64,000 nucleotides of DNA from Phycisphaerae bacterium. GTDB lineage: Bacteria; Planctomycetota; Phycisphaerae; Sedimentisphaerales; Anaerobacaceae. Within the stretch, counting starts at the first letter, position 1, and each line of letters opens with the position of its first letter. Shown in pieces: positions 7,144 to 15,767 of this stretch. The DNA lies in contig JAGOLX010000015.1 in assembly GCA_017993835.1 (NCBI GenBank), positions 38,454 to 102,453 of the forward strand. Direction: 5' to 3'. Both the position numbers and the translations under genes were made by a program. Under the pieces are notes generated by a model. It had not been told where the DNA came from. It saw only the letters and a list, made by a program, of their open reading frames with translations, and did not search any database.

Positions 7144-9603
7144 ATGAGAGCTCGCGGAAGATTGGGCAGCAGCAGAGTGTTTGCCGAGGTTGTCGGCTGG
7201 GTATGTGTGATTCTCGCAGTGCTGCCGCTTGCGGCGGTTCATGGGCAGGACCCGACTCGGTTTGAAAGCGATATCGTGGCATTCGAGCAGGCGGATCTCG
7301 CGAGCCCGCCGCCGGCGGACCCCATTCTGTTCGTCGGCTCGTCGAGCCTGCGGATGTGGTCCGATCTGGCGACTGCGTTTCCGGATTATCCTGTGATCAA
7401 TCGTGGCTTCGGCGGCTCGCTCATGAGCGACGTGCTGTATTACTTCGACCGTGTCGTGGTTGTGTACAAGCCCGCGCTCGTGGTCGTCTACGAGGGCGAC
7501 AACGATCTGGCGGGCGGCAAGTCCGTGGACCAGGTCTACGCAGAGTACATGACCTTTCTGTCGCTCATAGCGGAGAAACTGCCCGGTACGGAGGTGGCGT
7601 TTATCGCGACCAAACCCAGTCCGAGCCGGGCGGCGTATCTGGAGGCGACGCGGCAGTTGAACTCCCGGCTCCAGACTCTGTCCGAGCAGGCATACCACCT
7701 GTGGTTCATCGACGTGTTCACGCCCATGCTGGGCGGGGACGGCCAGCCGCGGGCCGAGCTGTTCCTGTCCGACATGCTGCACATGAATGCCGACGGCTAC
7801 GCGCTGTGGCGGGCGGTGGTCGAGCCGGTGCTGGACGACTGGTCGGCTCATACCGGCCAGACGCTCCTGGTCGATTTCGGCTCATCGAGCACTCCGACCG
7901 CCACGGGAGAGGCCCCGAACGATCCCGCGAACGCATGGAACAACGTCACGGAAACCATTGGTTCCGTCGCCGACGGAGAGTTGCCCGACTTGCTCAACAC
8001 GCAGGGCGCCTCGACCGGGATCGGTCTGAAGATCGTGCTCCCGTTCAGCGCGGGCGGGCCCAACAGCGGCGGCACGCAGGCTTCCACGCTGTTCCCGGCG
8101 AATGCGACCCGCGACTCCCTCTACGGCAACACGGAGATCTGGGGCGGTGCAACCAACGTCTTCCCCAGCTTCAAGCTGGTCGGACTGGACCCCAACCGGG
8201 TGTACAACATCACGTTCTACGCTTCGCGGACCGGGGCCAGCGATGTTCGCGAGACCGGCTACACGGTCGCCGGCGCGACGAGCTTGTATGCGACGCTCGA
8301 CGCCGCGAACAACGTGGACAAGACCGCCCAGGTTGTGGGAGCGGTCCCGGACGCGGCGGGCGAACTCACGATCAACCTGGCGGCGACCGCGAACAACAAC
8401 AACGCCAATCACTTCATCTACCTCGGCACGATGGTGGTGGAGGAGATCCCGAATCAGAAGCCCATCGTCTTCTCGCGGGAGCCGGCAAGCCAGACCGTGA
8501 TGGAGTGCCGGCCGGTCACCTTCGAAGCGGCGGTTGACAGCACAGGTCCCTACTTCATCCAGTGGTTCAAGGATGGCGAGCCAATCCCCGGCGCCGACGA
8601 GTTCAGCTACACCATCGAATCCGCCTTGCTCGGCATGAACGGCGCGGTGTTCTCCGTCAGCGTCAGCAACCTGGTCTACAGCGGTGTCAGTGCGGGCGCC
8701 GTCCTGACGGTGGTCGCAGATGTGAACGCGCCGGTCCTCTTGGCGGCGGATTCGCCCGATGGGTTGACGATTGTGCTCTCTTTCGACGAGCGGCTCAAAC
8801 CCGAGATGGCCGCCGCCGTGCGAAACTACACTGTGAATGACGGGGCGGTTCGTGTCATGGTCGCCGAGCTGGGCGAGGATGGGCAGACGGTCACCTTGAC
8901 CTTGAGCGACCGGCTGTTGGGCACATTCAGCGTGAGCGTGAGCCGTCTGTGCGACCTGGCAGGCAACGAGATTGCCGCGGGCGCCGTCACGACAGGAGAC
9001 GTACAGCCGGAGGCGTTTCTGTTCGACTTCGGCGCCGCCAGCACGCCCACCGATTCGGCGGATGATCCCGACAACGTCTGGAACAACGTGACCGACCAGA
9101 TCGGCAGTTCCTCCACCGGCGTGCTGGCGAACCTGGTGACCGTCCGCGGCACGGTTACGGGAGCCAGCCTGGTCATGATCAGCCGGTTCAACGGCGCCAA
9201 TACGAACGGGACGCTCGCGTCCACCCTCTTCCCGGCTGACGCCACGCGGGACTCGCTCTACGGGAACACGGAACTCTTCGGCGGATCGAGCAACATCTTC
9301 CCGAGCTTCAAGCTGACTGGCCTGGATGCAGGACTGACCTACGATCTCACCTTCTACGCGTCGCGTCTGAGCGTCAACGACAAGCGGGAGACCGGCTTCA
9401 CGATCATCGGCGCCGATTCACACGTCGCAGCCTTCGACGCCGGGAACAACGTGGACGGGTTCGTCCAGGCCGTCGGGGTCGCGCCGGACGCTTCGGGGCA
9501 GATCACGATCAGTATCGCCCCGACCGCGGCGAACAATAACGGTTACCACTTCACCTACCTGGGCGTCATGAAGGTGGAACCGCAGTTGCCCGGCGAGCAG
9601 TAG
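7144..9603 (+). CDS. secreted SGNH/GDSL-type esterase fused to two copies of an unassigned ~190-aa domain and Ig-like domains
   Basis: SGNH blocks: ILFVGSSSLRMW, NRGFGGS, VYEGDNDL, DMLHMNADGYALW. I-set-like segment EPASQTVMECRPVTFEAAVDSTGPYFIQWFKDGEPI. Internal repeats at 7861-8445 and 9016-9579. Confidence 0.8.
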   Translation: MRARGRLGSSRVFAEVVGWVCVILAVLPLAAVHGQDPTRFESDIVAFEQADLASPPPADPILFVGSSSLRMWSDLATAFPDYPVINRGFGGSLMSDVLYYFDRVVVVYKPALVVVYEGDNDLAGGKSVDQVYAEYMTFLSLIAEKLPGTEVAFIATKPSPSRAAYLEATRQLNSRLQTLSEQAYHLWFIDVFTPMLGGDGQPRAELFLSDMLHMNADGYALWRAVVEPVLDDWSAHTGQTLLVDFGSSSTPTATGEAPNDPANAWNNVTETIGSVADGELPDLLNTQGASTGIGLKIVLPFSAGGPNSGGTQASTLFPANATRDSLYGNTEIWGGATNVFPSFKLVGLDPNRVYNITFYASRTGASDVRETGYTVAGATSLYATLDAANNVDKTAQVVGAVPDAAGELTINLAATANNNNANHFIYLGTMVVEEIPNQKPIVFSREPASQTVMECRPVTFEAAVDSTGPYFIQWFKDGEPIPGADEFSYTIESALLGMNGAVFSVSVSNLVYSGVSAGAVLTVVADVNAPVLLAADSPDGLTIVLSFDERLKPEMAAAVRNYTVNDGAVRVMVAELGEDGQTVTLTLSDRLLGTFSVSVSRLCDLAGNEIAAGAVTTGDVQPEAFLFDFGAASTPTDSADDPDNVWNNVTDQIGSSSTGVLANLVTVRGTVTGASLVMISRFNGANTNGTLASTLFPADATRDSLYGNTELFGGSSNIFPSFKLTGLDAGLTYDLTFYASRLSVNDKRETGFTIIGADSHVAAFDAGNNVDGFVQAVGVAPDASGQITISIAPTAANNNGYHFTYLGVMKVEPQLPGEQ

Positions 9604-9632
9604 CCGCACCCCCAAGTACAGAGTCTACACAT

Positions 9633-9680
9633 GGCTCGCGGAAATCCGTCGCGGACACGGATTTCCGCGAGCCCTTTTTT
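9633..9680. terminator. bidirectional rho-independent terminator between convergent genes
   Basis: Perfect 17-bp stem ggctcgcggaaatccgt / acggatttccgcgagcc with a 7-nt loop, followed by cTTTTTT (9675-9680). Confidence 0.75.
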
Positions 9681-9714
9681 CACAAACGACCGGCGCTGCG
9701 GGAGCCGCGGCGTG

Positions 9715-12700
9715 TCACTGCAGGCAAATATCGTCGATATAGATCTGACTGACGCCATGTGACGTCGGAGCGATGGATTCGCCTACGCCGATGGTCAGTT
9801 CTTTGATGTGCATCGGGTTCACGCCGGTGAACTGGGTCAGCGGGATCTGCCACTGTCTCCAGGCATCGATAAGCACCGCGTAGGGGTCCACATGCTGCAC
9901 GGTGACGCTCCGGCCCGAGCTGTCCTCCACGCGCACGTACAGAAGGCCTGGATCGTTGCCGGGCTGGTCCACACCGACATCCGCGATGTTCCACGTTCCC
10001 GAAATGGCGCCGCCCATGGCGACCTTGGCGAACCTGGCGGTCGTCAGGGCATTGGGATTGTGGCTGGTCACGGCCAGACCGATGTACACGTTTGCAGACA
10101 TCGGTATGGTCACCACGCTGTCCCCGCCCTCGAAGCTGGTCCAGATCTGGCCGTCATACGAGTGTTCCGCGGAGAAGACGTTGCCCTGGCGCGTCAGACG
10201 CACCCAGTATGGCGCCGCAACGCCCGGCACGGTGGTGTCTTCGCTGTCGCCCGACGTCACGCGCCGGCGCTGGAAGGAAACGCCCTGCGAGGGAGTGACA
10301 ACGACCATGGCATGGGTGGAACCTGGGTCGAGCGTCTCACGGATCATCACGCCGGCCTTGGCCCAACTGTCGGTGTTGCCGATCTCCTGCACTCTGGCCA
10401 TGATCGAGCCGTTGCCCGCAAGACGCTTGCAGGCGTACCGGAATTCGTCCGCAGTGCCCCAGATGTCCGCGCCGGACCCGCTCATGAGATAACAGCCCGG
10501 CGAGGTCTCGATGAACTTGGGCGGCTGTCCATGGGTCCACAGGCTCAGGGCCGTCACGTCCGCGATGGGCCAGGTCACGACGACGGATTCGGTTCGCGTC
10601 GCCTCGCACTTGGAGAAGGGGGGGATGACGCTGTGGATGTAGTCCAATCGCATGGATTGCTGGCCGCCGTGGACGATCGTCCGCTCGATCTCGACGGGAA
10701 ATGGCGTGCCCTCCCACGTCTGTTGCAACTCGGCGGAACTCGCATAGCTCTCGAAATCGTCGATGGACAGGGTGCAATCGCCCGTCGTGAAGGTCCACAC
10801 GCAGCCCTTCCATGGGCTCGCGGCGTAGAGCGGATTGACCTCATCGATCCGCCAGTAGTACTTCTTGCCCGGCGCGAGCACGCCGGGATCGTACGTGGTC
10901 GCGCTCTGCCGGCCCTTGTAGGGGCCGCACCGCACCGGCGTCGCGGTCGCGACCACCTCGTAGTCGTCGCCGAAGTAGACATCGTGCTGCAGGGCACTGT
11001 GCCCGGCCTCCCAGCTCAGATTCGCTGTGGTCGCGACCCCGATTGCGCCGTCGGCTGGAGCGGGATCGTAGGCGATGGTGGACGCGCAGATCGGGTTCTC
11101 CACGAACGGGACGCAGATGATCTCGAGATCGAACGTGCCGGGCCGTCGCCAGGATACCGCGATGTTGTCGCCGCCGGTGCCTTCCTTGCCGAGAGCCTCG
11201 ATGTAGTACCTCTTGCCGGCCGTCAGCGAGATCGGACCGGACTCCTGGCTGGTCTCCTTGTTCCACTGTCGCGGCGATGTCCAGTCGTCTACGCGGGCGA
11301 TGAGGGCCGCATTGGCCGGGTTCTCGTCCGGGCTCAGAAAGAGCATCTGGTTGTCATCGCCGGAGATGCAGAAGGTGTATTCGCCCGACGTGGGCGGCAA
11401 CAGCCAGCCGTAGATTCGGGTGCCGTAGTTGTCCTTCCAGTCGGTCGGTCCCTCGAAGCAAGGCAGACACTCTCGCCCATCCGGCGCCGACGGGAAACGG
11501 GGGCTGCTCCGCAGGTCGGCGATGGTGGTCCCCGGAAGGTCCAGCCACCACTCGCGGACCACTCCGCCGGTCTCGCACATGGGCGAGGTGAAGCTCCAGA
11601 CCTCGCCCGCATAGACCATGCCATCGGCCGTGGTCGCGTCCACGCGCCAGTAGTAGGTCGTTCCTCCCTGGAGGGCTCCCAGGGCCATGCTCGTCTGCGT
11701 GGTGGTCCCTTTGTCCGCCGCCGGCGAATCCAGGCCCATCTCGGCTGTGGCGAAGTACACGTGGTACGCAACCGCATCCGGCACGGACGGCCAGGTCAGG
11801 ACCGGATCGCAGCACGGATTGACGACACCGCGTTCGGAGGCTCTCGATGGCTCCGTGCTGAAGCACCAGGTGTCTCCGACATGGACTGCGCCGCTTGCCT
11901 CCACCGTATCGATGCGCCAGCAGAATGTGCCGCTCGGCGTGAGGGGAAGGTACAAGTATGACGTCGCGCTCGGGCTGAGGACCATGATGAAGTTGCCCTC
12001 CGTGAGCCCACAGTCGTCCCCTACGTACAAGCGTTGTGTATGGACGGTATCTCCCGGCGTCCACCGCAACAACACCGGTGCAGTTACCCCAGTCTCGCCG
12101 TCTGCCGGCGTGGGGTTGCGGGCCTTCAGGAACGAGGGAATGACCGCGTCGAACAGACCTTTGACCTCGCCTTTCGTGAGTGCCCTGCTGAACAGATAGA
12201 CGTCGTCCATGTACCCATTGAACCAGAGCGGCGCGTCCGCGCGATCCTCCGCGTGGCCGAGGGTGACGTGGGCCGCGTCCCAGTTGCCCACCTGAGGCAG
12301 CGAGACATCCGATGCCTCGTGCTCGACGTGTCCGTCCACGTAGACTCGCGAGATGCCCTGGCCGAAGGTGGCGACCAGGTGCAGCCAGCGGTCCTCGTCC
12401 AGGACGACCCCCGTCGGACCGTCGGGCCAGCAGACGTCACCGTCGGTATTCTGGAGCTGCAGGACCCAGCCCCGGTTGGAGGAGTTGAAGCTCTTGCCCG
12501 CAATACCCTGCCATCTGCCGTCGGGCCCGAACCACTTGACCCAGGCGCTGACGGTGAGCTCGCCGATGTCGGCTGGGTCGCCGGCAGCGGGCAACTGCAC
12601 GTGGGGCGAGCCCTCGGCGTTCTGCGTGAAGTCCGCGACCCAGCCCCGCTGTGGGTCGAACGTGGTCACCGCTTCGTACAACGCTGTGCCGTCGCGGTCG

Positions 12701-12834
12701 TTGCCGGAAGTGTCCGCGAAGTCGTCCTTCTCAATGGGGTAGTGCCCCCATTGGCTGGTGCCTGCTGTCGTCGGCAGACACGCCGAGCACACCAGGACCA
12801 CGAACAACAGCTTGACGAGTGTGTTGCCGCACAT
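9715..12834 (-). CDS. giant secreted LamG + PA14 + 3x YYWRVDE-module protein with C-terminal CBM-like domains
   Basis: ATG at 12832-12834 preceded by GGAAGGAGG. Signal peptide LVKLLFVVLVCSACLPTTAG. LamG (LTVSAWVKW...FNGYMDDVYLFSRALT). PA14-like (YGWLLPPTSGEYTFCISGDDNQMLFLS...KRYYIEALGKEGTGGDNIAVSW). Concanavalin-like GSGADIWGTADEFRY...WVRLTRQGNVFSAEHSYDGQIW. Confidence 0.85.
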   Translation of the reverse strand: MCGNTLVKLLFVVLVCSACLPTTAGTSQWGHYPIEKDDFADTSGNDRDGTALYEAVTTFDPQRGWVADFTQNAEGSPHVQLPAAGDPADIGELTVSAWVKWFGPDGRWQGIAGKSFNSSNRGWVLQLQNTDGDVCWPDGPTGVVLDEDRWLHLVATFGQGISRVYVDGHVEHEASDVSLPQVGNWDAAHVTLGHAEDRADAPLWFNGYMDDVYLFSRALTKGEVKGLFDAVIPSFLKARNPTPADGETGVTAPVLLRWTPGDTVHTQRLYVGDDCGLTEGNFIMVLSPSATSYLYLPLTPSGTFCWRIDTVEASGAVHVGDTWCFSTEPSRASERGVVNPCCDPVLTWPSVPDAVAYHVYFATAEMGLDSPAADKGTTTQTSMALGALQGGTTYYWRVDATTADGMVYAGEVWSFTSPMCETGGVVREWWLDLPGTTIADLRSSPRFPSAPDGRECLPCFEGPTDWKDNYGTRIYGWLLPPTSGEYTFCISGDDNQMLFLSPDENPANAALIARVDDWTSPRQWNKETSQESGPISLTAGKRYYIEALGKEGTGGDNIAVSWRRPGTFDLEIICVPFVENPICASTIAYDPAPADGAIGVATTANLSWEAGHSALQHDVYFGDDYEVVATATPVRCGPYKGRQSATTYDPGVLAPGKKYYWRIDEVNPLYAASPWKGCVWTFTTGDCTLSIDDFESYASSAELQQTWEGTPFPVEIERTIVHGGQQSMRLDYIHSVIPPFSKCEATRTESVVVTWPIADVTALSLWTHGQPPKFIETSPGCYLMSGSGADIWGTADEFRYACKRLAGNGSIMARVQEIGNTDSWAKAGVMIRETLDPGSTHAMVVVTPSQGVSFQRRRVTSGDSEDTTVPGVAAPYWVRLTRQGNVFSAEHSYDGQIWTSFEGGDSVVTIPMSANVYIGLAVTSHNPNALTTARFAKVAMGGAISGTWNIADVGVDQPGNDPGLLYVRVEDSSGRSVTVQHVDPYAVLIDAWRQWQIPLTQFTGVNPMHIKELTIGVGESIAPTSHGVSQIYIDDICLQ

Positions 12835-13173
12835 AACGGCCTCCTTCCTGATGAAAAGACCCAGTTGTCTCGCCCTTCGCCACGACGGCAACCCATACGG
12901 GATGCCTGAAGGGACGACGATTCCCTATCCACTTGAGGCGGGGTCAGAGGCTTCAGCAAGGAGGCGGGATCAAGAAGCAACGCCTCTGCCCGCAGATCAC
13001 GGCGGGCCTCGGCACACGCATGATGTCTCGCCGGGCCCGATGCAGTTGTGTCTTGCGTCTCAAAGAAACCCAGATCAGAATTGCAGCAGACCCTACGATG
13101 GCATTGCCAAGGAGCGTTGTCAAGTCCAAAGCGTGCCAGGACGCGAATCGGGGTGCATGACCGTAGTTGCGAG

Positions 13174-13228
13174 GTTCGGAGTTCCGCCTTCAGGCGGCTC
13201 AAGACCGCGTAAACGCGGAACTCCGAAC
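13174..13228. repeat. intergenic inverted repeat (14-bp arms)
   Basis: gttcggagttccgc (13174-13187) pairs perfectly with gcggaactccgaac (13215-13228). Lies 29 bp from the palindromic element at 13257. Confidence 0.55.
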
Positions 13229-13256
13229 AGGCGAGACGAGACGTTGCCGCGACTCT

Positions 13257-13340
13257 GTCATTCCTGCGCCAAGCAGGAATCCATGAGCCATGGTTTGCGA
13301 CATGTCCGAGGAACTGGATTCCCGCATTCGCGGGAATGAC
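13257..13340. repeat. REP/MITE-like palindromic element, copy A
   Basis: Two convergent hairpin units: gtcattcctgcgccaagcaggaatcc ... ggattcccgcattcgcgggaatgac. Each unit is itself a hairpin (attcc.gc N4-6 gc.ggaat). Same family as copies at 28602, 44641, 47085, 55937, 57885 and 57967. Confidence 0.75.
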
Positions 13341-13701
13341 ATTCCAGGGTCTCCACGAACCCCTATTGCGCGCGCAGGAACGGCCATGCACCCCGCGAAT
13401 CGAAACACGCGAGATCAAAACGAATGTAAGCGTGGCGCCGGCTCCGACTGTCGCCTGGCGGCGTTGCCTGGCCACACATAACCTCTGCTCCAGCAATGAG
13501 TTGTCGCGATCGTCGTTCCTGGGGGGCCCTCGTGCGGATCGCACGGCCGGCATCCCTTCAAGGTCTCGTGTGGACGAGTGGAGGATCGCCGGGTACGATT
13601 CAGCGGGGGGCGAGCTGCGGGAATCTTGTAACGCCGGGGATGCCGTTGCGTCTATTTGACGAAAGTTGATTACAGTACGGATGTAAAGGCGGTATGGGAC
13701 C

Positions 13702-14769
<1,068 letters not shown>

Positions 14770-14774
14770 CGGGA

Positions 14775-14866
14775 TGTTTGAAGTGTGATGTTTGATTTTT
14801 GATTTCAGAACAGGCACGGCCCTCTTCCTCAAATCAACAATCAACCATCAACAATCATATTTCACT
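14775..14866. repeat. AT-rich imperfect hairpin element (family H, copy 1) between moxR and the DUF58 gene
   Basis: Left arm tgtttgaagtgtgatgtttgatttttgatttcag pairs imperfectly with right arm ctcaaatcaacaatcaaccatcaacaatca; ~19-nt loop. The 5' head gtttgaagtgtga is shared with the element at 57727. Confidence 0.55.
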
Positions 14867-14873
14867 CTATTCT

Positions 14874-15767
14874 ATGTCGTCGAATCGTGAATATCTCGAT
14901 CCGATCTTCCTGAACAAGCTGGCGAACACGGAACTGGTCGCGCGGTGTGCGGTGGAGGGCTTCTTCTCCGGCCTGCACCCGAGTCCGTTTCAGGGGTTCA
15001 GCGTCGAGTACAGCGACCACCGCGAGTACCATCCCGGCGACGAAGTGAAGTTCGTCGATTGGAAGATCTATGCCCGCACGGACCGCCTGTGCATCAAGCG
15101 ATTCCGGCAGGAGACGAACACGACGGTCTACATCCTGCTCGACATCAGCAAGAGCATGTCCTTCGCGGGCGATTCGGTCCGCAAGATCGACTACGCCTGT
15201 TTTCTGGCTGCGGCGTTGAGCTATCTCATGCTCAAGCAAGGCGACAGCACGGGTCTGATGCTCTTCGCGGAAAAGGTACTCTCACAAGTGCCGGCGGCAT
15301 CGCGCCGGACGCACCTGCACGCCATCCTGCAAACCCTGGATCGCCACACGACGACGGGACAGACGAACCTCGCGGCAGTGCTCCATGCGGTCGCGGAGAC
15401 GACGAAACGCCGGGGCTTGGTCGTCTTGATCTCGGATCTGCTCGACGACCAGGACGACATCTTTCGCGGCCTGGCGCACTTGAAGTTCCTCAAGCACGAC
15501 GTGATTGTCTTCCACGTCATGGACCACCAGGAACTGAACCTGGAATACGAGGGTCTCATCCAGTTCGAGGACATCGAGTCGGGCGACAAGATCCGCACGT
15601 TTCCCCAGTCGATCCGCGCGGGCTATCAGCAGCGAGTCGCGGATTTCCTCGATAATGTCAAAAAGACGTTGGGCAAGAGCCGCGTCGATTACTGCCTGCT
15701 GGAGACCTCCGAGCCGCTGGATCGGGCCTTCATCGCGTACCTGCTCAAGCGAAAGAGGTTGATGTGA
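14874..15767 (+). CDS. DUF58 (vWA-like, MoxR-associated) protein
   Basis: Start moved to the ATG at 14874; the ORF-track start at 14799 lies inside the hairpin element. FQGFSVEYSDHREYHPGDEVKFVDWKIYARTDRL is the DUF58 signature. MIDAS-like DISKS. Confidence 0.9.
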   Translation: MSSNREYLDPIFLNKLANTELVARCAVEGFFSGLHPSPFQGFSVEYSDHREYHPGDEVKFVDWKIYARTDRLCIKRFRQETNTTVYILLDISKSMSFAGDSVRKIDYACFLAAALSYLMLKQGDSTGLMLFAEKVLSQVPAASRRTHLHAILQTLDRHTTTGQTNLAAVLHAVAETTKRRGLVVLISDLLDDQDDIFRGLAHLKFLKHDVIVFHVMDHQELNLEYEGLIQFEDIESGDKIRTFPQSIRAGYQQRVADFLDNVKKTLGKSRVDYCLLETSEPLDRAFIAYLLKRKRLM

